64,000 nt of DNA from an uncultured Candidatus Saccharibacteria bacterium (GTDB taxonomy: Bacteria > Patescibacteriota > Minisyncoccia > Phycocordibacterales > UBA5272): positions 40,319-104,318 of the forward strand of contig CAZFBW010000001.1 in the NCBI GenBank assembly GCA_964517625.1, read 5' to 3'. Under the pieces are notes generated by a model that saw only the letters and a list, made by a program, of their open reading frames with translations, was not told the origin of the DNA and searched no databases. Shown here in pieces: positions 1 to 9,161 of the stretch (its first letter is position 1; each line of letters starts with the position of its first letter). Both the position numbers and the translations under genes were made by a program.

Positions 1-1460
1 CTACCCTTGAAATGGCTAAAGACAGCGGACTTACGATTATTCCGGTCATCACAAAAATTGATAGCCCGCTTGCAAACGTAAAAGAGGTGAAGGAAGAAAT
101 TGTTACGCTTCTTGGTTGTAGAGAAGAAGATATTTTGTCTGCATCAGGAAAGACAGGCGAAGGGGTGGAAGAAATTCTTGAACAAATTGTTGTACGTGTT
201 CCGCCACCAAAAAGTGAATTTGTTGATGAGAAAGGAAATCAGACTCGCGCGCTTATTTTTGATTTTGAATACAGTAACCACCAGGGAGTTATTTTGTATG
301 TTCGTGTTCTTGATGGCTCAATTAAGGCAGGGGACGATTTATTATTTATTCAAGCAGATCACCGATTCGTTGTCCGTGAGGTTGGCACATTTTCTCCAGA
401 GCGTGTAGAGGGAAAATTAATTTCTGCCGGAGAGATTGGTTACATCGTGACTGGTATAAAAGAACCAGGCATTGCACGCGTAGGTGACACCGTTACAACG
501 TTTGCCCGACCACTACACGCTTTTCCTGGGTATGCTGAACCGCTCCCGCTTGTGTTTGCGGCGGTGTATCCTGAATCTCAGGAAGAGTTTGATGATTTGC
601 GTAGTTCGCTTTCCAAACTAAAACTCTCCGATTCATCACTTACCTTTGAAGAAGAATCATCTGGTGCACTTGGTCGTGGGTTTCGTTGTGGGTTTTTGGG
701 AATGCTTCACTTGGAAATTGTGACTGAGCGATTACGACGTGAGTTTGACCAGGAACTTGTAGTGACAACACCCTCAATTACCTATGAAGTGATGATGAAA
801 AATGGGGTGAAGCAAATGGTATATACACCAATTCATTTTCCAGATCATGGACAATATATTTCTGTGCGTGAGCCGTGGGTACTACTTACGGTGATTACAC
901 CGCATGATTATGTGAGTCCTTTAATGCAGATTCTCCACAAACACGAGGGTGATATTTTGGATATGGTTGATTGGGGTCACGATCGCGTGCAGATGAAAGT
1001 GGACATGCCTCTTCGCGAGCTCATGCGTAACTTTTTTGATGAAGTGAAAGGTGGGACAAGTGGCTATGCATCTATTGCATACGAACAAGGGGAAATGAAA
1101 GATGCCCACGTAACGCGACTTGATGTCTATATTGCCGAAGAGCGTGTCGCGGCATTTTCTCGTGTGATTCCTGAATATCGCGCTAACGAAGAATCCGAAG
1201 AGGTTGTTGAAAAGTTAGAAAAGATTTTGCCGAGGGAAATGTTTCGTGTAAAAATCCAAGCTTACGTTAAGGGTCGTATTATTGCGTCGCGCTCTATTGC
1301 ACCGATGAAAAAGGACGTGACTGGATATTTGTATGGAGGAGATATTACACGAAAAATGAAATTGCGTGAAAAGCAAAAGCGCGGTAAAGATAGAATGCAG
1401 AGAGAAGGAAAGGTGCGCATTGAGCACGACACATTCTTAAAGATGATGCGACCAGAATAA
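1..1460 (+). CDS. lepA: Elongation factor 4 (LepA), 5'-truncated by window edge
   Basis: GFRCGFLGMLHLEI and C-terminal KDVTGYLYGGDITRKMKL motifs. Confidence 0.97.
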   Translation, partial: TLEMAKDSGLTIIPVITKIDSPLANVKEVKEEIVTLLGCREEDILSASGKTGEGVEEILEQIVVRVPPPKSEFVDEKGNQTRALIFDFEYSNHQGVILYVRVLDGSIKAGDDLLFIQADHRFVVREVGTFSPERVEGKLISAGEIGYIVTGIKEPGIARVGDTVTTFARPLHAFPGYAEPLPLVFAAVYPESQEEFDDLRSSLSKLKLSDSSLTFEEESSGALGRGFRCGFLGMLHLEIVTERLRREFDQELVVTTPSITYEVMMKNGVKQMVYTPIHFPDHGQYISVREPWVLLTVITPHDYVSPLMQILHKHEGDILDMVDWGHDRVQMKVDMPLRELMRNFFDEVKGGTSGYASIAYEQGEMKDAHVTRLDVYIAEERVAAFSRVIPEYRANEESEEVVEKLEKILPREMFRVKIQAYVKGRIIASRSIAPMKKDVTGYLYGGDITRKMKLREKQKRGKDRMQREGKVRIEHDTFLKMMRPE

Positions 1461-1493
1461 AAACGAGCACAATAAGGTGCTCGTTTTTATTCT
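1454..1493. terminator. Bidirectional intrinsic terminator
   Basis: agaataaaaacgagcac-aataag-gtgctcgtttttattct between convergent ORFs. Confidence 0.8.
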
Positions 1494-1502
1494 GAAGTGT
1501 GA

Positions 1503-1610
1503 TTAAAATAGTGCAATCACTGAGAATCCAACCATGCCAATAATGGCGATAATGGAAACTACGGCCCAGATTCGGTGGATTATTTTTCGGTTACGTGAGC
1601 TAAATAGCAT
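1503..1610 (-). CDS. Small single-pass membrane protein (35 aa)
   Basis: Manual translation MLFSSRNRKIIHRIWAVVSIIAIIGMVGFSVIALF*; ends at the bidirectional terminator. Confidence 0.55.
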   Translation of the reverse strand: MLFSSRNRKIIHRIWAVVSIIAIIGMVGFSVIALF

Positions 1611-1649
1611 ATGTGTGTGTGTTAGAATGTGTTTAATACTACCAAGAAT

Positions 1650-2039
1650 ATGCGGGAATATCAACATAAGTACATCATTCGCACGCTTCTTTATTCTCCG
1701 ATAACAATTGTTATCTTGTTTTTAGTGATTATCTTGCTTTTGCGCTCTATTATGGAATTAAATGACAAACGCATTGCTGCTACCAAGCTTCGCAATGAGG
1801 CAATGGCAAAACAAGAAGAAGTGCGCGGACAACTTGCTAAGGCTGATGCACGTTTGGCGGCAATAGAGACCGAAAGAGGGTTTGAGGAATATGTTCGTAC
1901 GACGTACCCAATCGCAAAGCGTGGCGAAGGGGTAATTGTAGTCTACGACGAACCAGGAAGCCCGGTGACACCTGTGCGTGAACATATGACAATTTGGGAA
2001 CGTCTGCTTGTTTTTATTCGCCCAATACTGTTTCGTTAG
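1650..2039 (+). CDS. Septum formation initiator (FtsB/DivIC-like)
   Basis: TM helix, coiled coil, then 'FEEYVRTTYPIAKRGEGVIVV' resembling the DivIC motif. Confidence 0.7.
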   Translation: MREYQHKYIIRTLLYSPITIVILFLVIILLLRSIMELNDKRIAATKLRNEAMAKQEEVRGQLAKADARLAAIETERGFEEYVRTTYPIAKRGEGVIVVYDEPGSPVTPVREHMTIWERLLVFIRPILFR

Positions 2040-2085
2040 GTGCTTCGTTGCGAAAAGAGAAAAGGGCAAGTATACTGGTCCGCAT

Positions 2086-2325
2086 ATGACAACGAAAACA
2101 GTAGAAATTTATAGCACACCAACCTGCCACTTCTGTCACATGGCCAAGGATTGGTTTGCTTCACACAAGGTTTCCTTTATTGATTACAACGTGGCAACTG
2201 ATTTAGAAAAGAGAAAGGAAATGGTTGAAATGACCGGCCAGATGGGGGTACCAGTCATCAAGATTGGCAATGACGTGATTGTCGGATTCAATGAGGCGAA
2301 GATTGCAAGCTTAATTGAAGGGTAG
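2086..2325 (+). CDS. NrdH/glutaredoxin-like protein
   Basis: YSTPTCHFC, GQMGVPVI, VGFN; ATG 9 nt after TATACT. Confidence 0.9.
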   Translation: MTTKTVEIYSTPTCHFCHMAKDWFASHKVSFIDYNVATDLEKRKEMVEMTGQMGVPVIKIGNDVIVGFNEAKIASLIEG

Positions 2326-2435
2326 GGGGAACAATACAAAAACCTCTCACGATGAGAGGTTTTTGTATTTGATACATTGTTTGTTTTATTGTAGGATGCA
2401 AAACAGACAGTTTTTATCTTGAAAGGAATTTTCTC

Positions 2436-3239
2436 ATGAAAACATCTCCTGCTCCTTTTTCTCCCTATATCGGCATTACTGATTTCATGACACACAAACA
2501 ATCAGCGACCATGTTGTCCACTTTTCAGGCGATGACAGAGGAAACCGTTCCTCATAAGCTCATGGTTGGTGTGATGATGAGTTACAAGACCTTGAATCAT
2601 CTTGAAACTAAGTGGAGCACTGTTTTTCCAAAAGCAGAAGAGGTGAAAGATATTTTCATTGCTCACCCACTTGCTTTCAATACGCTTCACTATGCCGACT
2701 ATACCAACACGGATGTCCCCACCTCGCTCGCTAAGGCGATTTTCTATGGAGGGAAGAATCTTAATGCACTTCAGTTGGATATGGTTTGGCCGTCTCCGCA
2801 AGATATAGAAGAGGCATTTAATTTGCTTGCTGATGTTGGGCGAGTACCTGTAATCTTGCAAGTTGGTACAAAGGCAATGGAGCAGGCCGGTGACAAGGTT
2901 GCTCATGTCATAAGCCGTCTTGTAGACTATGCCGACATCATTGATGGTGTGTTGTTCGATAAGAGTATGGGTCAAGGGAAACCAATGAACCCCGAAGTTC
3001 TCATGCCTTACGTTGAAGCGGTCTACAAATACATTCCTGGAATGCGTGTCTCAGTTGCTGGCGGACTTGGTCCAACCACAACTCAGATTGTTGAACCGCT
3101 CATCTCAAAGTTTCCAGACATAAGCATTGATGCGCAGGGGAGGCTTCGTCCAAGTGGTAGCGCACTTGACCCAATCGATTGGTCTATGGCTGAAGAATAC
3201 TTGCAAAAGGCCGTCGGACTGTTCAAAAAATACAATTAG
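2436..3239 (+). CDS. TIM-barrel protein, distant TrpF/ribulose-phosphate-binding-barrel-like
   Basis: LFDKSMGQG, VAGGLGP, IDAQGRLR motifs. Confidence 0.55.
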   Translation: MKTSPAPFSPYIGITDFMTHKQSATMLSTFQAMTEETVPHKLMVGVMMSYKTLNHLETKWSTVFPKAEEVKDIFIAHPLAFNTLHYADYTNTDVPTSLAKAIFYGGKNLNALQLDMVWPSPQDIEEAFNLLADVGRVPVILQVGTKAMEQAGDKVAHVISRLVDYADIIDGVLFDKSMGQGKPMNPEVLMPYVEAVYKYIPGMRVSVAGGLGPTTTQIVEPLISKFPDISIDAQGRLRPSGSALDPIDWSMAEEYLQKAVGLFKKYN

Positions 3240-3310
3240 AAATTCGGTTCAATGAACCAAAACTTCCACAGAGTCACACCTGAGTGTGAACGTGGAAGTT
3301 TTTTATTTTA

Positions 3311-3434
3311 TGGCGGGAATCGCTTCTCCCTTCGGTCGAAACGCACTATTTTTATAGTCACTTCGTTTCTTAAAAATAGGCGCCCTCGGTTCGATTCCCG
3401 CCGGAGGGCAAGGAAAAACACGAAGTGTTTTTAG
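3311..3434 (-). repeat. tRNA-Arg 3' module (hairpin, inverted tRNA copy, core, direct copy)
   Basis: Inverted copy 3388-3410; direct copy ggcgggaatcg 3312-3322 vs 3442-3452. Confidence 0.8.
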
Positions 3435-3506
3435 TGCCCCCGGCGGGAATCGAACCTACAATGACTCCTTAGGACGGAGCAGTTATATCCATTTAACTAC
3501 AGGGGC
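3435..3506 (-). tRNA. tRNA-Arg(CCT)
   Basis: Cloverleaf; GCTCC-GTCCTAA-GGAGT anticodon arm; TTCGATT T-loop; T-stem has one A.C mismatch. Confidence 0.9.
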
Positions 3507-3580
3507 AAATATTGTTGTATATTCGATTCTACCACATCTTGTGCACTGTTAAATCATGAGAAATTAGATATACTTACCAT

Positions 3581-3916
3581 ATGTCAGGAACCGATTTAAC
3601 TAACCAAGAAAAATTAGAAGAAGTATACAGAATTACCGTGGAGAATAATCATATTCTTCACGGCATGCGTAATCGCGAACGAGTAGCAAACGCACTACGT
3701 ATCGTTTACTGGTTGGTTATCATCCTCTCTCTTGCTGGTGCTTACTACTATATTCGCCCTGTTATTGATTTATTTACAACAAATAAGGACAAGGTTGATC
3801 AAACGCTTATGCAGTTTCAAGAACTTCAGCAACAACTTCCACAAATGAAGGTGTTCCAGCAGTTTCTCAATAATTTGAAATCCTCAGAAACGGTTAATCA
3901 AGAACCGGTGCAATAA
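3581..3916 (+). CDS. Hypothetical single-pass membrane protein
   Basis: 111-aa ORF with one TM segment; -10 box 6 nt upstream. Confidence 0.75.
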   Translation: MSGTDLTNQEKLEEVYRITVENNHILHGMRNRERVANALRIVYWLVIILSLAGAYYYIRPVIDLFTTNKDKVDQTLMQFQELQQQLPQMKVFQQFLNNLKSSETVNQEPVQ

Positions 3917-3990
3917 GTTCGGTCTTTTCTCTGGTATTTTTTTGTGCTATTATGGGGAAACCAAATTTGGAAAAAGCAGAATGAAAATAT

Positions 3991-4063
3991 GCTGGGATAG
4001 CTCAGTTGGTAGAGCATTTGCCTGAAGAGCAAAGGGTCCCCAGTTCGAGCCTGGGTCCCAGCA
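3991..4063 (+). tRNA. tRNA-Phe(GAA)
   Basis: Cloverleaf, TTTGC-CTGAAGA-GCAAA anticodon arm. Confidence 0.95.
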
Positions 4064-4253
4064 CAAAAATTAAAAAACTGCGTGAAAGCAGTTTTTTAAT
4101 TTTGCTGGAGCCGGGCTTGGGAAGAGGGTCGGAGAAACGGGAGTTTCTCCGTGGCGGAAGAATCGAAACCGCAGGGTTTCGAAACAAAACTCTGTTTTGT
4201 TGAGCCTGGGTCCCAGCACAAAAAACAAAGTCACTCGCACAGAGTGACTTTGT
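4064..4253 (+). repeat. tRNA-Phe 3' module
   Basis: gagcctgggtcccagcacaaaaa at 4047-4069 and 4202-4224; degenerate inverted copy 4103-4117. Confidence 0.85.
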
Positions 4254-4277
4254 CGTATAGTATCCTATACTTACTAT

Positions 4278-5237
4278 ATGCAATATATAAAGCCAATAGT
4301 TACACTTGTTGCGGTTGCAACCTTAATGCCAGAACTGGTGACAGGGAGTACAAGTCTTTTTAGTTTTTTTATTCCTATTAATTTCCTTATTAATTTTTTA
4401 GGGTATGGTATCACTGTTCTTCTTATTCGTGAGTTTTATGTGAGGTATAATCTGAACTTCTTCGGTTTGTTTTTACTTGGTATTGTATATGTTGGTATTA
4501 ATGAAGGATTACTTGCAAAAACAATTATTTTAGAAAATGGTATTCCGTGGAATTTGTTTGATAATTATGGTTATATTGTAGGAATTAGTATTCCGTGGGC
4601 ACTCGCAATGTCCGTTTGGCATTCGGTATTTTCAGTTATGTTTCCAATTATTGCGACACACTTCTTGTTTACAGAAGCAAGTAAAGATTCATGGCTTAAC
4701 AAGAAAACAATAGCATTATTCACGGCCCTGATTGCTTTTGTTAGCCTTGCAGCATTTTTTGGTCCGTTTAGGGGGACGGGGACAGGGGGACAACTTTTCG
4801 TTATTCTTGGAGGCATGGCCATACTTACATTGCTATCAGTTTGGTTATGTAGAAAGAAAGAAGAAGGAGAACAACAGCATCCAATTACTACAAAGCCGGT
4901 ATGGCTAGGGGTGAGCACAGTCATTTCTTGGACAGTGCTTCTTTGTATTGTTATGGTTGGACTAAAAGTCCCATTGCTATTATTCTTTGTTGTCTTCGTT
5001 GGAATTATTGCCACCTATGTTCATATCTTTAGAAAAAAAATAGGTATTACCAATGACACACTACTCTTGTTTATTCTCGGTGGTTATTTTCAGACAGCAG
5101 TTACTGGATTATTGATGGCCTTCTTTTTTATGCCAGCAACCTTTGGTGAACGACTACCCGCTGAAATTATTATTCTTATAATTTCTACAATACTATTACG
5201 AAAAGTATTTAAGAGACACAGAGTAGTTACTGCATAA
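4278..5237 (+). CDS. Polytopic membrane protein of unknown function
   Basis: 319-aa ORF with many TM segments. Confidence 0.8.
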   Translation: MQYIKPIVTLVAVATLMPELVTGSTSLFSFFIPINFLINFLGYGITVLLIREFYVRYNLNFFGLFLLGIVYVGINEGLLAKTIILENGIPWNLFDNYGYIVGISIPWALAMSVWHSVFSVMFPIIATHFLFTEASKDSWLNKKTIALFTALIAFVSLAAFFGPFRGTGTGGQLFVILGGMAILTLLSVWLCRKKEEGEQQHPITTKPVWLGVSTVISWTVLLCIVMVGLKVPLLLFFVVFVGIIATYVHIFRKKIGITNDTLLLFILGGYFQTAVTGLLMAFFFMPATFGERLPAEIIILIISTILLRKVFKRHRVVTA

Positions 5238-5276
5238 GAAAACTAAAATCCGCCATCATGGCGGATTTTAGTTTTC

Positions 5277-5804
5277 TTAAATTGACTTTACTTTCAATTT
5301 TGTCTGTCGCGCTTTGTCTAACTTTGGAAGTCTGATGATGAGTAGCCCGTGCTTCTCAACTGCTTCGGCTTCTTCAATTTCTACTTCATGAGGAAGGAGG
5401 ATGGTTCGTGAGAAACTTCCCCAGTAGAGTTCTTTGTAAAAGTAGTCATCATGAGAAACTTGTGTATTGCCATCACGGCGTCCTTTAATAGTAACCATGT
5501 CGCGCGTAATAGAAAGGTGGAGGTCTTCAGGTTTTACACCAGCAACCATGGCCTCGATGATAATTTCAGTAGGGGTCTGGTAGACATCAACTGAAAGCTC
5601 TCCCTCTTCTGGGTCATCTTCAGAACTTTCTTCAACATGAGCAACAGAACGACGAGATGGAGTTTCAACTTTTCCTCGAGATGAATGCTTAATCTGAAGC
5701 TCTTCCTCATCGTCTTGTTCTACGACACTGATTGGCTCTTCTTCATCGTCAACACTGATTGAACCAGCAAGACGTTCGAAGAAGGATTTTTTTTCTTTAA
5801 GCAT
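5277..5804 (-). CDS. Hsp20/alpha-crystallin small heat shock protein
   Basis: VDVYQT, ELYWGSFSRTILLP, GLLIIRLPK; acidic N-terminus. Confidence 0.92.
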   Translation of the reverse strand: MLKEKKSFFERLAGSISVDDEEEPISVVEQDDEEELQIKHSSRGKVETPSRRSVAHVEESSEDDPEEGELSVDVYQTPTEIIIEAMVAGVKPEDLHLSITRDMVTIKGRRDGNTQVSHDDYFYKELYWGSFSRTILLPHEVEIEEAEAVEKHGLLIIRLPKLDKARQTKLKVKSI

Positions 5805-5954
5805 AATAAAAATGGTGTAAGCCTGTAAGGGTGTATGTATACAGTATACGCGCTCTATGTCAATAAATAACAAATGCTATCCACAGTCCAAGGAGGGACA
5901 GTAAAGTGTTCAAATATACAGAAAAACCGAGAGTTTGAATGATTACGAGGCAGG

Positions 5955-8099
5955 TTAATTCCAAGAAGTAACAATAAGCATTCTATCTTCAGGTGTTTTT
6001 ATGTATTTCCAAATTTCCTCAGTAATAAAAGGCATGAAGGGATGAATCACAACAAGCTGTTCACGGAGTAAGGTAAGGAGGAGTGTCTGTGCACTTTCTT
6101 TGTTGTTGTTTTCGAGAATGCGAACCTTACGAGTTTCGATGAGAACGTCGCAGAAGGTCTTCCAGAAGTAGTCGTAGATTTTTTCAGAGGCGAGGTGCAG
6201 GCGATAGTTTTCAATATCGTCAGTAATGTCCTTTTTGATTGCTTGCCAGGATTGGTATACCTCTTCATCTTCTTTTGTAAGTGGTACAGGTTTTTCAAAG
6301 TCCGCCGTTCTTTCCAAAACGAAACGTGATGCGTTCCAAATTTTGTTTGAGAAGAGCTTGTATGCCTTTACTTTATCTTCGCCAAGTTTCAAATCGTTTC
6401 CTGCTCCGTTTCCTACAATAAGCGCCATGCGAAGGGCATCGGTTCCATATTTACTGGAGAGGTCGCGTGGGTCAAGAGCGTTGTTGAGGGACTTACTCAT
6501 CTTGCGACCCTGTGCATCGCGCACAAGTCCGTGCAAGTACACCGTCTTAAATGGAACAGTGTTGAGTGCATACGTTGAAAACAAAATCATACGCGCAACC
6601 CAGAAGAACAAAATGTCATGACCAGTTTCAAGCACATCGGTTGGATGAAATGTTTTAAAGTCTTCTGTATCATGTGGCCAACCAAGTGTAGAGAATGTCC
6701 ACAGTCCAGACGAGAACCATGTGTCGAGCGTGTCCTCATCTTGTACCCACTCGTTACCAGATGGCGCTTCTAACCCACAAAAAAGTTCATCACCTTTGTA
6801 CCAAACAGGAACACGATGGCCGTACCAAATTTGTCGCGAGATGCACCAGTCTCGCAAATTATCAATCCAGTGGAAATACACTTTTTCAAATCGGTCAGGA
6901 AGAATTTGAGTGTTGTGAGATGCAACTGCGTCGCGCATTAATTGTTTTAGCGTTGTTGTTTTTCCAAAATGTTTGAACTCTTTATTAACCGCAATCCACC
7001 ATTGAAGTTTTGGAAGTGGTTCAACGATACCGCCAGTTCGTTCTGCTGTTGGTACATTTTGTTTTGATTCTTCTTCGCTTATAAGCAAATTGTTTTCACG
7101 AAGCCAATTTACGATGTATTCACGTGCGTCAGTTACCTTCTTTCCGTTAAGCTCTTCGTTTTTGAGACCGTACATTTTAGCGTACTCGTTGATAACTTGT
7201 CTGCTTTCTAGGCGGTGACGCTCTTTCATGTCCCAGTCAATTGCACTGTGCGCAGGGGTCACACCGAGCGCTCCCGTACCAAAATCTTTTTCGACGGCGG
7301 TATCCGCAATGATTTTGACTGAAATGGGGCATCCAGCAAATTGAATATCAAAGATTTTACCTACATATTGTTTGTAGCGTTCATCGTCTGGATGCACCGC
7401 CACCGCAGTGTCTCCCACTTTTGTTTCTGGGCGGGTGGTGGAGATGGCGATAGGAAAATCAGGGGAATATTTGAAGGTATAGAGCTTGGTTGTGCGCTCT
7501 TCCATGACTATTTCATCGTCGGAAATTGTGGTTTGGCCTTTTGGGTCCCAGTTTACTATGCGTTCTCCGCGGTAAATAAGGCCATCATCATACATTTTTT
7601 TAAACATGGTACGCACCGCCAAGTTTCTCTCCTCGTCCATCGTGAAAGCAAGTCTCGACCAATCAAGTGAGGCACCCATGGTGCGGAGTTGGGAAAGAAT
7701 AGTGTTTTGGCTTTCAAGTGCAAAGTCATTAACGCGCCGCAATAGTTCTTCACGACCAATGTCATGTCTGTTTTTACCTTCTTCTTTTTGAATTTTCTTT
7801 TCAACTACCGATTGTGTGGCAATTGCCGCATGGTCAGTTCCAGGAAGCCAGAGTGTTTTGTATCCGCGCATACGTTTGAAGCGAATGAGAATATCTTCAA
7901 TCACAAGCATGAGTGCATGGCCGGTGTGGAGCGTACCGGTAACATTTGGTGGAGGAAGAATAATGGTGTAGGCGCCCTTGTCAGAAGCGGGGAGGTTGTC
8001 TGGATTAAAGTACCCACTTTTCTCCCATGCTTCATAGAGCGGTTTTTCAACCGATTGAGCATCAAATGGTTTGGTTAGTTGTTCTGGCAATTGCTTCAT
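5955..8099 (-). CDS. valS: Valine--tRNA ligase (short form)
   Basis: PPPNVTGTLHTGH, DWCISRQIWYGH, KMSKS. Confidence 0.97.
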   Translation of the reverse strand: MKQLPEQLTKPFDAQSVEKPLYEAWEKSGYFNPDNLPASDKGAYTIILPPPNVTGTLHTGHALMLVIEDILIRFKRMRGYKTLWLPGTDHAAIATQSVVEKKIQKEEGKNRHDIGREELLRRVNDFALESQNTILSQLRTMGASLDWSRLAFTMDEERNLAVRTMFKKMYDDGLIYRGERIVNWDPKGQTTISDDEIVMEERTTKLYTFKYSPDFPIAISTTRPETKVGDTAVAVHPDDERYKQYVGKIFDIQFAGCPISVKIIADTAVEKDFGTGALGVTPAHSAIDWDMKERHRLESRQVINEYAKMYGLKNEELNGKKVTDAREYIVNWLRENNLLISEEESKQNVPTAERTGGIVEPLPKLQWWIAVNKEFKHFGKTTTLKQLMRDAVASHNTQILPDRFEKVYFHWIDNLRDWCISRQIWYGHRVPVWYKGDELFCGLEAPSGNEWVQDEDTLDTWFSSGLWTFSTLGWPHDTEDFKTFHPTDVLETGHDILFFWVARMILFSTYALNTVPFKTVYLHGLVRDAQGRKMSKSLNNALDPRDLSSKYGTDALRMALIVGNGAGNDLKLGEDKVKAYKLFSNKIWNASRFVLERTADFEKPVPLTKEDEEVYQSWQAIKKDITDDIENYRLHLASEKIYDYFWKTFCDVLIETRKVRILENNNKESAQTLLLTLLREQLVVIHPFMPFITEEIWKYIKTPEDRMLIVTSWN

Positions 8100-8130
8100 A
8101 CCTATATATATGTGTATACTATCACATCAC

Positions 8131-8661
8131 ATGAAAAAATTAGAGAAGAAAAAACAATCAACTATTTTACGAAAGGGGTCAAAAAAAACACTAGGTGTAA
8201 ATAAAAAAATTTCACCTAACACAAAAAAACTTCCTGACCACCACTTTAAACTTGTAAAAGTAAAACGAGGGCTCGACGGTCTTGGGCTGTTTGCTGGAGA
8301 AGATATTAAAAAAGGGGAACTCATTATTGAATACATCGGCAATATTCTCACCAAAGAGGAAGCTGAAAAGGTGACAACTAATATGTACCTTTTTGAAGTT
8401 TCTCGCAACAGAACAATTGATGGCTCGGTAAGGTGGAATGTTGCTCGCTATGCAAACCATGCGTGTGACCCGGAAGCAAATGCAGAGAGCGATATCAAGA
8501 AAGGGAGGGTATTTGTAAAGGCAATTAAGAATATTAAAGAAGGGGAGGAGATTTTGTACGACTACGGCGAGGAATTCGTGAAAGAATACATTGCCCCAAA
8601 GGGGTGCAGGTGTCGAGCGGTTGCGCATGCGTACGGAGCAAAGGCTCACACGAGCAAATAA
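8131..8661 (+). CDS. SET-domain protein-lysine methyltransferase
   Basis: GLGLFA, IEYIG, ARYANHAC, EEILYDYG, post-SET-like CRC; Lys-rich N-terminus. Confidence 0.92.
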   Translation: MKKLEKKKQSTILRKGSKKTLGVNKKISPNTKKLPDHHFKLVKVKRGLDGLGLFAGEDIKKGELIIEYIGNILTKEEAEKVTTNMYLFEVSRNRTIDGSVRWNVARYANHACDPEANAESDIKKGRVFVKAIKNIKEGEEILYDYGEEFVKEYIAPKGCRCRAVAHAYGAKAHTSK

Positions 8662-8749
8662 TAGGTGCTGTTTACTACATTAAAAAATGAGCACACATCA
8701 GTGCTCATTTTTTACATCTCTATATCACGGTAAAAGTTGGTAACGTTTA

Positions 8750-8796
8750 TTTCATACATTTTTGCAAATGATTCGCATTTGCAAAAATGTATGAAA
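8750..8796. repeat. Perfect 21-bp inverted repeat
   Basis: tttcatacatttttgcaaatg-attcg-catttgcaaaaatgtatgaaa. Confidence 0.9.
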
Positions 8797-8970
8797 GGTG
8801 ACACAGAGAGCATGTTGAAGCATAAAAAAGTTATCCACAACACAAACATGTTTTTTACTTGTGTGCGCGTGTATGAATGTCATACTTATATACAGAGAGT
8901 ACGATCATGGTCGTGATCAACAAAATCATTACGTAATAACTCTCTTTATTTGTATAACATAAACAAAATT

Positions 8971-9042
8971 ATGGCAGCAAAAAAGAAGGCAGCTAAGAAA
9001 AAGGCTGCAAAGAAGGCTCACAAGAAAGCTAAGCGTGCTTAG
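8971..9042 (+). CDS. Histone-H1-like Lys/Ala micropeptide (23 aa)
   Basis: MAAKKKAAKKKAAKKAHKKAKRA*; followed by terminator hairpin ~9068-9101; candidate -10 CATACT at 8881. Confidence 0.75.
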   Translation: MAAKKKAAKKKAAKKAHKKAKRA

Positions 9043-9161
9043 TTAATTCTTGTGAAGAATTCTTCAAAGAAAAATCCGCGCTCCCACGCGGATTTTTCTT
9101 TTCCCTACTCTTTTCTAGGCTGATTGCTTTTTTATTTTTGATAGTGGTATAGTGGAATTAT

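Noticed and set aside
8832-8840. Replication origin
   Set aside because: Only one perfect DnaA box; other near-matches (~5878, 43730, 57071, 60078) are scattered, with no cluster or dnaA gene.
9043-9161. glmS ribozyme upstream of glmS
   Set aside because: The interval holds only a terminator and a -10 box 8 nt before the ATG; no room or motif for the ribozyme.
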